64,000 bases of DNA, from the sequence record ON529852.1; one strand, given 5' to 3'. The position numbers were made by a program, and so were the translations under genes. Shown in pieces: positions 46,458 through 54,910 of the stretch (its first letter is position 1; the number at the start of each line of letters is the position of its first letter). The notes under the pieces were generated by a model, which saw only the letters and a program-made list of their open reading frames with translations, searched no databases and was not told where the DNA came from.

Positions 46458-46962
46458 GCGACACCTTGCCCAGTCCCAGCGAGACGTTCTCCATCCGCAT
46501 GTTCAGGTCGTTGAGCGCGGCGCGGAGTCCGCCGTAAACCGGGATGCCGTAGCGTTCGCCCATGATGTCGATATTGCCCTTGCGCCAGAACCCGTCGGGA
46601 CAACATACGATCGTCTGTTGAGGTTTGAGGGCGCAGCACAGGCCGAACTCGGCCATGGTTACAGGGCTCTTGGAGCCCGGCAGGAAGTTGAACAGGACAA
46701 AGTCGGCGCGCTCGATCATGTCGAGTTCCCAGTGGGCCTGGTTGTTGAAGGCCTCGCTGTCGATCGACTGCGCCCAGGTCGAGTCCCAGGCGGCCCGGCG
46801 CGGATTGTAGATGAATTCCGCCCGCCGGCCGATGTCCTCCGCCGCCTCGGCCTGCCAGTCCTGGGACTCGCCCATGTCGATGGTGCCCGCAAGAAAGACA
46901 GTGGCTTTGCGCGAGAGCGCCCCTTTATAGCGGATCAGGGGCGGGTAGACGACGTTGGACAT
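46450..46962 (-). CDS. nucleoside 2-deoxyribosyltransferase-like protein
   Basis: VFLAGTID, DWQ, YNPRR..WD, WEL..IERAD, SPVT..EFG. Confidence 0.85.
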   Translation of the reverse strand: MSNVVYPPLIRYKGALSRKATVFLAGTIDMGESQDWQAEAAEDIGRRAEFIYNPRRAAWDSTWAQSIDSEAFNNQAHWELDMIERADFVLFNFLPGSKSPVTMAEFGLCCALKPQQTIVCCPDGFWRKGNIDIMGERYGIPVYGGLRAALNDLNMRMENVSLGLGKVSRG

Positions 46963-47402
46963 TAGACCTCGCGAGGCGGCTGCTGGCCCGGCAGGGGCTC
47001 CAGCGCGGTGGTGATGGCGTCAACCGCCTCGTCGACCTGGGACAGACCGGCGTAGGGCATGCCATGCAGGTTCATCAGCTTGGCGAGCGCGACGATGCGC
47101 TCGGTGAGGATGAACTGGAGGTGACGGGCGACAGGAGGGTTCAGGTCGCGAGACTTGTTGAGGTAACGCGTGACCTGGGACTTGGAGCAGCCGATCGCCT
47201 TGGCGATGTCGGCCTGCCAGTGATCCCCGTTGAGCGTAGAGCCGATCAGGCGAAAATCCTCAGGGCTCAGAATTGGCGGCGTGGGGGCCACGGCAGCCGT
47301 CTTAGCAGGGCGAGCGCTCGCTGCTCGCGCAGGCCGTCCAGGGGACTTGGCGGGGGCAGTCGCACGGCGGGCGGGGGGCGTAAGGGTGGGGGCGTCCGGC
47401 AT
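46962..47402 (-). CDS. Xre/Cro-type HTH protein
   Basis: WQADIAKAIGCSKSQVTRYL. Confidence 0.8.
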   Translation of the reverse strand: MPDAPTLTPPARRATAPAKSPGRPARAASARPAKTAAVAPTPPILSPEDFRLIGSTLNGDHWQADIAKAIGCSKSQVTRYLNKSRDLNPPVARHLQFILTERIVALAKLMNLHGMPYAGLSQVDEAVDAITTALEPLPGQQPPREV

Positions 47403-47403
47403 G

Positions 47404-48015
47404 TCATGCAGTCTCCGGGAGGGCGCCGCCGCCTTTGAGCAAGGCGGCGTATTCAAACAGGGTCATGGGGGCGTCAGCGGCGCGATTGGCCCAGGCGGCG
47501 GCGGTCCCGCCGACCTGAACGGACGCGCCGGCGCCGAGGGTTTCCGCCAGAGCGAAGGCCTGAACCCCGACGTCCGTGGGATAGTAGCGGGTTCGGCGCA
47601 CCTGGAAGCCGACATGCTGATCCGTGGTGCGCAGCGCGCCGCCCTTCACCAGGCCGCGCACCGCTCCAGGCACGGAGCCGCACAGCGCGGACTGTCCGGT
47701 CTGTTCCAGATAGGCTTGGATGTCCTTGACCGCCACCCCCGGATCGTCCGCGCCCTGCACCCGCAGGGCGGACCAGGCGCTCCAGACGGCCTTGAATATC
47801 GGCAGATGGCTCAGGGTCAGTCTCAGGGCGGGCTGGTCAGCCTTGCGCAGCACGACGGCGTCGCGTCGCGCCCCCGGCGGACTGCCGCTGATTCGACCTC
47901 CGGGGCGCACCGACGCGATCGCCGCCATCTCAGCCGGGCGGACGATCTTGCGGCGCGGTCGGGCGCCCACCACTTCGGTGGCGCCGTCGTCGTCGATGTC
48001 GTCGAAACCCTGCAT
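47404..48015 (-). CDS. putative winged-helix protein
   Basis: VRGLVKGGAL...YYPTDVG; promoter TTGACA 48074-48069 places start at 48015. Confidence 0.65.
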   Translation of the reverse strand: MQGFDDIDDDGATEVVGARPRRKIVRPAEMAAIASVRPGGRISGSPPGARRDAVVLRKADQPALRLTLSHLPIFKAVWSAWSALRVQGADDPGVAVKDIQAYLEQTGQSALCGSVPGAVRGLVKGGALRTTDQHVGFQVRRTRYYPTDVGVQAFALAETLGAGASVQVGGTAAAWANRAADAPMTLFEYAALLKGGGALPETA

Positions 48016-48162
48016 ATGCACTCCACGCCCCAGATGGGGATCAAGGGGCTTAACCGTATTGGAGACGCCTGTCAACGATCTCGGTCAAAAGACGTCGAGT
48101 GTTGACTGACAGCAGAGTTATGTCATACTTACGCTTCCCCCGCAACGAAGGAGTATCCCTGC

Positions 48163-48474
48163 ATGCAGATCAACACCCGAGGCGTGCTCCTGATCGCCGC
48201 CGTCGCCCTAATCGTGCTCAAGCTGGCCGGCGTCATCGCCTGGCCCTGGCTTGCGGTTCTCGTCCCCGCCCTGGTCTATCTGGCGCCCTTCATCTGGTCG
48301 CTCGCCTGCGCCATCGGCGCGGTCGCCGTGGGCCTGATCTTCCTGATCGGCATCCTGATCGTGGGCGCCTGCGCCAGCCTGGTTGAGGCGGTGCAGACGC
48401 AGCGCTGGAAGGCGGCGCGCCAGGCCCAGTTGAAGGCCGGCGCCCTGAAAGGCCCCTGGGACCTGCGCGCCTGA
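48163..48474 (+). CDS. membrane protein
   Basis: LKLAGVIAWPW..V motif, hydrophobic; AAGGAG RBS; promoter 48102. Confidence 0.8.
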   Translation: MQINTRGVLLIAAVALIVLKLAGVIAWPWLAVLVPALVYLAPFIWSLACAIGAVAVGLIFLIGILIVGACASLVEAVQTQRWKAARQAQLKAGALKGPWDLRA

Positions 48475-48716
48475 TGGGCATGGCGACCGGATCGTCCGGC
48501 TCCAACACCATGCCGGACTGGGTCCATGTCTACGACACCGCCGTCAGCCACAATCAGCCCGTCGGCGACGACAAGCCCGCGCCCCCGCCGAAGCGGCGCA
48601 AGCGCGCCAAGGCCCGCCAGAAGACGGTGGAGCACCTCTACGCCGATCTGATCAAGGCGGGGATCGTGCGGATCGAACGCAAGAAGGGGCAGCCACCCCG
48701 GATCATCTGGCTCTGA
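48474..48716 (+). CDS. basic hypothetical protein
   Basis: TGATG coupled. Confidence 0.65.
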   Translation: MGMATGSSGSNTMPDWVHVYDTAVSHNQPVGDDKPAPPPKRRKRAKARQKTVEHLYADLIKAGIVRIERKKGQPPRIIWL

Positions 48717-48719
48717 TAG

Positions 48720-48757
48720 AAAAACCCCGTAGGCGTCAGCCCACGGGGTTTCTTTTT
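48720..48757. terminator. bidirectional intrinsic terminator
   Basis: AAAAACCCCGT...ACGGGGTTTCTTTTT. Confidence 0.85.
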
Positions 48758-48912
48758 GCGCCGACCTCCGACGTCGCGAACGCCTGGAGGCCGCCGAGGC
48801 CTGACTTTTCGACCGACTTTCACGGTCGGGTTGGTCAATCACGCCGGCCCACCTAACCCGATGGCCCCTGTTCATGAGGCGCGGCCTTGGCCCGTCGACT
48901 GACTGTACCGCA
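48720..48912 (-). ncRNA. candidate structured ncRNA (~190 nt)
   Basis: own promoter 48957-48918 and terminator; several GC-rich stems; no RBS-led ORF. Confidence 0.55.
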
Positions 48913-48917
48913 CGCCC

Positions 48918-48957
48918 ACCCTAGAGCGTGACCCGGTCAACGTCAAGATTTACGGCA
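48918..48957 (-). promoter_or_regulatory. class B promoter TGCCGTAAATCTTGACG-N17-TAGGGT
   Basis: one of five copies. Confidence 0.8.
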
Positions 48958-48969
48958 CTGTGAAACGCC

Positions 48970-49001
48970 AAAGGCCCCGGCGACGAGCGCCGGGGCCTTT
49001 T
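48970..49001. terminator. terminator hairpin downstream of primase gene
   Basis: AAAGGCCCCGGCG-ACGAG-CGCCGGGGCCTTT. Confidence 0.8.
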
Positions 49002-49047
49002 CTGATCCTGCCGTATTCCCACCCGGCAGGACCGCCCGCCGGTCCCC

Positions 49048-52000
49048 TTAGGCAGCGAGGGGATCGGGCTGAGGCTGTTCTTCGAGGTACTGATCCACCC
49101 GTTGCAGGAAGAACATCGGATCGCCTTCCTCCGACAGGCCCGAACGGACCAGATAGTCGAGGTTGTCGATGCGGAAGGCGCGGCCGTCCAGGTTGTGCAT
49201 CTTCTTCTGGAACATGCGCTTCTTCTGGTCGTCGTTGTTGCCTTCGATGATGTCCATCTCCATGCCGTAGGCGTGGTTGAACAGGTCGCCGGTGAGCACC
49301 TTGTTGAAGCCGTACTTCTTGATCCACTCCTTCACGAAGGCGCGGATCGCCGTCTCGTCCATATCGGCGATGGCGCTGGCGCGGTTGTCCAGGAAGCCTT
49401 CGATGCCGCAGGCCTGGAGCACGCCGCCGACCTTGCGCGACCAGTCCTCGAACGAGGCCCGCTTGCGCTCTTCGAACATCGGCTTCTCCAGGTCGATCCA
49501 ATACTGGATCATCGTCAGGATGTAGCCGACGATCTTGGAGCGGTTCGAGTTCAGGAAGTCGGTGAAGTCCTTGTGGCGGAACACCCGCGTCTGGATGTCG
49601 ACCGTCTTGCCGTTCAGACGCACCCAGACGATTCGGCGCTCCATTTCCGACAGCACGATCGGGTTGTTGCCGGTGCCGATCCAGTTGAACAGGTTCGGCC
49701 GGCTGACATTGGCCGTCTTGCCCAGCATGCGCCCGCCGATTTCCTGCGCCGTGATCGACTGGAGCAGGGCGCGGTTATTGAACTCCTTGACGTCGTCGAA
49801 GAACAGGTGAGAACGAGTCTCAATAATCGCCGACAGCAGCGACTTCTGCATCTCCTCCTCGTTCTGCGTATAACGCATCGGGGCGCTCTCCTGGCCGTCG
49901 AACAACAGCATCGGCAGCTTGCCCAACAGGGTGCCGCCGGTGCCGGGGGTCGGTTTGGAGACGAAGAAGACCGGCGTACAGCCGTTGATCATCCGCCGCA
50001 TGAACGGGGTGATGATCATCGCCAGGGCGTTGGCCTCGGACGGCTCGCGCCGCTCGTTGCCGTTCGTATCGTAGTCCAGGAAGGGGAAGTCGATCAGGAC
50101 CTCTTCACGCAGGAAGGCGACCGCCTCCTCCACCTCATCCCAGGTCGGCGACTGCGGCACCGCAACGGTGAAGTTGATGTTCGCCATCAGGATGTTGAGA
50201 TCGGGCTTGTAGCCCGGCGTCATCACCAGATCGCCGTCGGCGGTGAACAGGGGCGTGTAGATGATCTCCGGCGACTGCGGCAGTTCATTATAGCACTGCT
50301 GGTAGACGTATTCGCCGACCTCCTTGGGGATGGCCTCGCGCGTGCCGTCACCCTTCTCGGAGCGCCGCATGAAGGTCATGCGCTTGTTCATCTCCGAGCG
50401 CATCGCCGCCTCGTTCAGGACGTCGAAGGAAATGCGTCCCGTCTTGGCGTTGCGGTTCAGGCGCACGGGATCGGTCTGGACGCAGGAGAAGGTGGGCTCC
50501 TTGTCCTTCTTGTTGGTCATGGTCAGCGTGCGGAAGCAGGCGTCGAAAGCCTCGTCGAAGTTGTAGCTGCTCTCGTACTCGAACACCTCGCGGCCCTTCG
50601 GGTCCTTGATCGAGCCCTTTTCGTTCTTCGCGCGCGAAATCTCCGCGCGCGCCGACTTCAGCAGCTTGGTGACGTTGGGCTGAGAGAGTTTCAGCGCCTT
50701 CCTGATCTTGGCCTCGATCTGGATGCTGCGGCGCGTCGGCAGGTTGGCCTCGATCACCGCGCGCAGGCAGTCGTCGACATCTTCTTCCGAAGAATCCTCC
50801 GTCAGGCCGTCGACCAGCTTTTCGTAGACCTCGCGCGCGTCGTCCTCGGCCTTGATCTTCTCGCCTTCTTCCGACAGCCCTTCAGCGCCTTCCTCCAGGA
50901 GGGCGTTGTAGGTCGGGTCGTCGATGGTGTCGCGATCGAACCAGTCGTCCTTGAGCATCTTGCCCAGGAAATCGAGATTGGTGCGCTGCGAGCAGCTATC
51001 GTGCTGGCACTTGATCGTGAAGATTTCGCTCGGTCCGTCGCCGGCGTTGACCGCGAAACAGCCCTTGTCTTCAGGATTGCCCGGATCGGAGTGATCCTCG
51101 TCGAAGGGGCACTCGATGTCGATCTTGTGGGCGCCGTTGGTGCGGATGCGGTCCTCGGCGTGGTCCTTGATCAGGTCGACGATCTGGAAGCCGCCGGCCG
51201 CCTTGATCGACCAGCGCCCGAGATCACGCCCTTCCTCGGTCGTGGACTTGGACTTCGGCTTGGACTTGTCGGTGGCCTTGACCTCGTTCAGCACCAGGTC
51301 GAGCAGGGCGTCCCCGGTCGGAGCGTCGTCCGCGCCGCCCGAGGTCAGTTCCAGCGATTTCCAGTCCAGCAGGTCGCCGCCGACGATGCGGGCCTCGAAC
51401 GGCCGGTTGGCGACGTGGCGCGGGAAGTAGAACAGACGCGACGGGTCAACCGCCGACCGGTCGAGCGGCAGGTCGCCCAAGGCCTTCGCCAGCGCATGGC
51501 AGACCTCGCCCCACATCTTCATGCCTTCGTCGTGGGTCTTCGCCACGGCGGTGGGCACGAAGGGCTCCGTCAACGGCAGCACGATGCGGTGCTTGGGCAT
51601 CGGGATGTGGTCAAGCTGGACCATGAACCCTTCCGGGTCATGGACGTCGTCGACGTATTCGACCGTCTTGATGATCGATTCGTCCCAACGCATGGTGGGT
51701 TCTTCACGCAGGAAGCGCTCGATCGTCTGCTGGTTCACGCCCTCGTCGATGTCGTGCTTCTTGCACCACTTGGCGATGCGGTCCTTCAGCATCTTGGTCG
51801 AGGTCTTGGCGTGGCTGTGGGTGGTGTAGCGCACCGCCAGCTTGCCCAGCTTGCTCAGGGCCTCGTCGATCACGGCGCCCGAGACGCCCACGTCGATGTC
51901 GAGGCCGACGCCGTAGCAGGCCTTGACGGCGGCCTTGCGCCGCTGATTGCCGACGATCTCGGCCAGGACGAAGGCCAGGCCGTCCTTGTTCTTGTCTTCG

Positions 52001-52704
52001 CGGTGACGCGAGAGCATGTCGACGAAGGTCCACACCGGCATGGCCTTGGGCGTCCACTTGACGGATTCGCGGTTGGCGCCGATGGAGATGATCATCTCGG
52101 GGGCGTAACGCGGATCGTCAAGCTGGAACGGGCTCAGCAGCTTGGCGTCGTTGAGCGCGCCGAAGTCTTCCTCTTCCCACGGCAGGGCGTAGCCTTCCGT
52201 CTGCACCGCCGGGGCGTCGATCAGGCCTTCCGGCGCCGGAGGCGCATCCTCGGCGTAGACCTCGGCCAGTTGCGCGAAGGTGACATAGTGTTCGGGGTCG
52301 AGGTGGACCAGGTCCCAGCCGTTGGCGCCGGGCGTCGGCACCGGGTCGGTCAGGAAGCCCGCCATCGCCTCGGCGATCGCCGTCACTTCCGGCGTCGCTT
52401 GAACCGCCGCATCCAGGGCGTAGGCGCAGATCAGCAGGCCGTCCTTGAACAGGACCGCCGTGGGCTTGACGACGTCATCCTGCCACTGGTCGGGCTGGGC
52501 GTTTTCGGTAAAGGCGTAGAGGAACGGCACATCGCCGTTGGCGGTCACCGGGTCCAGATAGAGGGCCTCGGCTCCAGCGGCGGCGGCGGCCGCCTCCAGG
52601 GATTCAGGGGTGGTGATTTCTGCGGTGACGTCACCGTAGATCAGGCGAAACGCGTCTTCGGTTGCGCTGACCAGCGCCGACAGGAATTCGTTCAGGGCTG
52701 CCAT
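49048..52704 (-). CDS. archaeo-eukaryotic-type primase fused to Zn-binding and helicase-like domains
   Basis: LDID, YTTHSH, KHRIVLP, SRLFYFP; CPFDEDH..CQHDSC; KPTPGTGGT, FFDDV, GTGNN. Confidence 0.8.
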   Translation of the reverse strand: MAALNEFLSALVSATEDAFRLIYGDVTAEITTPESLEAAAAAAGAEALYLDPVTANGDVPFLYAFTENAQPDQWQDDVVKPTAVLFKDGLLICAYALDAAVQATPEVTAIAEAMAGFLTDPVPTPGANGWDLVHLDPEHYVTFAQLAEVYAEDAPPAPEGLIDAPAVQTEGYALPWEEEDFGALNDAKLLSPFQLDDPRYAPEMIISIGANRESVKWTPKAMPVWTFVDMLSRHREDKNKDGLAFVLAEIVGNQRRKAAVKACYGVGLDIDVGVSGAVIDEALSKLGKLAVRYTTHSHAKTSTKMLKDRIAKWCKKHDIDEGVNQQTIERFLREEPTMRWDESIIKTVEYVDDVHDPEGFMVQLDHIPMPKHRIVLPLTEPFVPTAVAKTHDEGMKMWGEVCHALAKALGDLPLDRSAVDPSRLFYFPRHVANRPFEARIVGGDLLDWKSLELTSGGADDAPTGDALLDLVLNEVKATDKSKPKSKSTTEEGRDLGRWSIKAAGGFQIVDLIKDHAEDRIRTNGAHKIDIECPFDEDHSDPGNPEDKGCFAVNAGDGPSEIFTIKCQHDSCSQRTNLDFLGKMLKDDWFDRDTIDDPTYNALLEEGAEGLSEEGEKIKAEDDAREVYEKLVDGLTEDSSEEDVDDCLRAVIEANLPTRRSIQIEAKIRKALKLSQPNVTKLLKSARAEISRAKNEKGSIKDPKGREVFEYESSYNFDEAFDACFRTLTMTNKKDKEPTFSCVQTDPVRLNRNAKTGRISFDVLNEAAMRSEMNKRMTFMRRSEKGDGTREAIPKEVGEYVYQQCYNELPQSPEIIYTPLFTADGDLVMTPGYKPDLNILMANINFTVAVPQSPTWDEVEEAVAFLREEVLIDFPFLDYDTNGNERREPSEANALAMIITPFMRRMINGCTPVFFVSKPTPGTGGTLLGKLPMLLFDGQESAPMRYTQNEEEMQKSLLSAIIETRSHLFFDDVKEFNNRALLQSITAQEIGGRMLGKTANVSRPNLFNWIGTGNNPIVLSEMERRIVWVRLNGKTVDIQTRVFRHKDFTDFLNSNRSKIVGYILTMIQYWIDLEKPMFEERKRASFEDWSRKVGGVLQACGIEGFLDNRASAIADMDETAIRAFVKEWIKKYGFNKVLTGDLFNHAYGMEMDIIEGNNDDQKKRMFQKKMHNLDGRAFRIDNLDYLVRSGLSEEGDPMFFLQRVDQYLEEQPQPDPLAA

Positions 52705-52780
52705 TCAAACTTCGGGGGCGGGGGTGAGCCGAGGGTGGGGCCTCGTGATGAAGCCGCACCCTCGTCTATCCCGCCTCGAT

Positions 52781-52812
52781 TGTCAAGATTGACGGCAGTG
52801 ATTGCCGTGAAT
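52781..52812 (-). promoter_or_regulatory. class B element upstream of primase, extended into an inverted repeat
   Basis: TGCCGTCAATCTTGACA; ATTGACGGCA-GTGAT-TGCCGTGAAT 52788-52812. Confidence 0.7.
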
Positions 52813-52814
52813 TC

Positions 52815-53489
52815 TCACCAGTTTGCGACGTTGACCAGATCGCGCTGATAGTCGCTGGGCTCGATGTAGGCAGCGGTGGTTTCCAGCCGCTTGTGCCCCA
52901 TCAGTTTCTGGACGTCCAGGATGGAGCACTTCTTCTGGTTCGCCATGCGGGCGCGCACGGTGCCGAAGGTGCGGCGGCCGCTGTGCGAGGTCGCCCCGTC
53001 CAGCGAGGCCTTGGCGTAGAGGCGGCGGAACCACTGCACCACGGCGTTCGGGGTCACCGAACCGGGCACGTAGTCGTTGGCGATGGTGGAGACACGCTTC
53101 TTGGCGCGGGTCAGTTTCACCGTGCCGTCAGCGGCCTTGGCCTTGGGCGGCATATAGTTGTGCAGGGCGTAAAAGACATATTCGTCTTCGGGGCGAGCCT
53201 TGCGCAGGCGTTGCAGCACCGAGGCCAGTTCCGGCTCGATCGGGATCAGACGCTCGACCGAACGCTTGCCGACGTCGCCCGTGATCGCCAGGGTCGAACG
53301 GACCTTGCCGCTGGCGTCGAGCACGTTGGTGCGCCAGCGCAGCTTGGCGATCTCCGAGGCGCGCAGGCCGGCGAAGAAGGACAGGCGCAGCGCCGCTTCG
53401 TCGCGCAGCGGGCTGTCGCTGGCGCGCGTGATCTTCAGGGCCGCCTTGAACTGTTGTCCGGTCAGGGTCTGGGCGCGCTTGGTAGCCAT
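52815..53489 (-). CDS. tyrosine recombinase, catalytic domain only
   Basis: GLRASEI, SHSGRR, MGH, TAAY. Confidence 0.9.
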   Translation of the reverse strand: MATKRAQTLTGQQFKAALKITRASDSPLRDEAALRLSFFAGLRASEIAKLRWRTNVLDASGKVRSTLAITGDVGKRSVERLIPIEPELASVLQRLRKARPEDEYVFYALHNYMPPKAKAADGTVKLTRAKKRVSTIANDYVPGSVTPNAVVQWFRRLYAKASLDGATSHSGRRTFGTVRARMANQKKCSILDVQKLMGHKRLETTAAYIEPSDYQRDLVNVANW

Positions 53490-53581
53490 GGGAAAGTTCC
53501 TCCGTTGATGTCGTCACGGAGTCACATAAAGAAGGTCGACGTGACTGTCAAGCGTCTGTCAACGATCTCACGCCAAAATCG

Positions 53582-53737
53582 TTAGATCGGCTTCTTGGCG
53601 CGGTTTTTGCCGGCGCGCGCGCCGCAGTGGCCGCACTTGGCCCCGGCGCGGACGAGCCGGGCGTCGCAGCGACACCAGAAGCTGCGTCCGCGCGGCTGCC
53701 GCGAGGCCTCGCGGTTGGTCAGCGGCGGGTCTTGCAC
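53582..53737 (-). CDS. 51 aa zinc-ribbon microprotein (not in ORF track)
   Basis: MQDPPLTNREASRQPRGRSFWCRCDARLVRAGAKCGHCG... Confidence 0.65.
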   Translation of the reverse strand: MQDPPLTNREASRQPRGRSFWCRCDARLVRAGAKCGHCGARAGKNRAKKPI

Positions 53738-53738
53738 A

Positions 53739-54122
53739 TCAGGCGGGATAGCGGCGGCCGGCGTGGACGCCGTCCTGCGTGGTGGTCGGCGCCGGCTCCA
53801 CGCCGGTCTTGCCGTCCATGAACCGCGCGCGATGCGACGCCTTGGCGCCGGCCAAGGCCTTCGCCAGCAGGTCGCGGTCTTCGCCGATCGCCGTCTTGAA
53901 CGCCGCCTCGAAGCGGTCCATGGCGACGTCCAGGTCGACGTCCATCTTCACCTGGTAGATCGGCACGTCCTCATGGACGAACTGGGTCCAGCGCGTTTGG
54001 CGTCGGCCCTGGCTGTCGTAGCCCGGCTTGATGATGTGGAAGGTCTCTCCGCCCATGACGAAGGCGCCGATCTTGTTGGCCTTGAGCGCCCCGGCGTAGA
54101 GGGCGTGCGTTTGACGGCTCAA
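53739..54122 (-). CDS. hypothetical protein
   Basis: coupled ORF, phage-like codons. Confidence 0.7.
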   Translation of the reverse strand: MSRQTHALYAGALKANKIGAFVMGGETFHIIKPGYDSQGRRQTRWTQFVHEDVPIYQVKMDVDLDVAMDRFEAAFKTAIGEDRDLLAKALAGAKASHRARFMDGKTGVEPAPTTTQDGVHAGRRYPA

Positions 54123-54562
54123 TGGACCGCTCGGCTGTCCGGCAGGAGCACGCCGTGCACGCGCTTGCCGTATTCGCGATTGAAGGTGCGGTTCCAGTAT
54201 TCCGCCGCCGCGTGATTCGACCAGGCTTCCGTGGTCGTCAGTTCGGGGTTCTCATCCAGCAGGCGGGCGAAGAACAGCGTGCGCAGGTAGGAGAAGTAGA
54301 GCCCCGCGCTGATCAGGCTCAGGTCGTCGGACAGTTGCCAGTCGTCGAGCGGCAGGGGCAGGTCGAGATGGAAGTGATCCGGGTGCAGCCGCAGGGCCTC
54401 GGCGATGTAGGCCACCTTGTCCTTGTTGCTGATGCGGGACTGGAAGGCCTCGTCGGGAGAATCATCGCTCAGGACGGCGGCGTGGAGTTTGTCGTACTTG
54501 TGCCCGTAGCTGGGGACTCGCTGGGGTCCGTCACCGTCACCGTGATTCCGTGGATTTCGCAT
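54119..54562 (-). CDS. hypothetical protein
   Basis: GAGGA RBS. Confidence 0.75.
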   Translation of the reverse strand: MRNPRNHGDGDGPQRVPSYGHKYDKLHAAVLSDDSPDEAFQSRISNKDKVAYIAEALRLHPDHFHLDLPLPLDDWQLSDDLSLISAGLYFSYLRTLFFARLLDENPELTTTEAWSNHAAAEYWNRTFNREYGKRVHGVLLPDSRAVH

Positions 54563-54744
54563 GACTTCCTCGCGTACCAGACAGGCCGCGACGCATCGTC
54601 GGGGCCGAAGATTTCGACAAACTCATTCCGGGCTGCGCGCTCTTGGCAGATGCAGCCTTCCACACCACGCTGGGGGAGTTCGGGATGATGAGGAAAACGC
54701 CCGCGCACCTTGGCGGGGGTAGTTTCCTGCGTGATGTTTCGCAT
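54469..54744 (-). CDS. hypothetical protein, possibly leaderless
   Basis: ATG sits 7 nt after -10 CAGAAT; overlaps next ORF by 94 nt. Confidence 0.45.
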   Translation of the reverse strand: MRNITQETTPAKVRGRFPHHPELPQRGVEGCICQERAARNEFVEIFGPDDASRPVWYARKSCEIHGITVTVTDPSESPATGTSTTNSTPPS

Positions 54745-54750
54745 TCAGTA

Positions 54751-54790
54751 ATTCTGACTGAAATCGTCCCGATCGTCAAGAATTACGGCA
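54751..54790 (-). promoter_or_regulatory. class B promoter TGCCGTAATTCTTGACG-N17-CAGAAT
   Basis: one of five copies; divergent from rIIA promoter TTGACA 54820. Confidence 0.75.
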
Positions 54791-54910
54791 TAGTTCGGTG
54801 CTCAGGTGGCGTTTATGCGTTGACAGTCGGCGTCCACAAGGCCTATGCCGTTAATACCGTCATCGCCTACCGGAGTTCCCGCCTTGCGCTACGCCTACAA
54901 GCCCGACCAC

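Noticed and set aside
48276-48875. 199 aa ORF overlapping the candidate ncRNA
   Set aside because: No RBS, crosses a strong terminator and runs antisense to two plausible genes
48750-48912. Hammerhead ribozyme, tRNA, SRP or tmRNA identity for the candidate RNA
   Set aside because: No CUGANGA core, T-loop GTTCRA, SRP loop or tag-peptide frame recognisable
49102-52848. 1248 aa plus-strand ORF opposite the primase
   Set aside because: Antisense shadow of a highly biased gene; the same applies to 19080..21188, 37541..39394, 54860..57112 and 57006..58604
52815-53489. Prophage integrase marking an attachment boundary
   Set aside because: No N-terminal arm/core-binding domain, no tRNA or att repeat, and phage-type genes continue on both sides
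54845-54910. rIIA start at ATG 54845
   Set aside because: That ATG lies within the predicted -10 box; ATG 54911 fits better, though this is not proven
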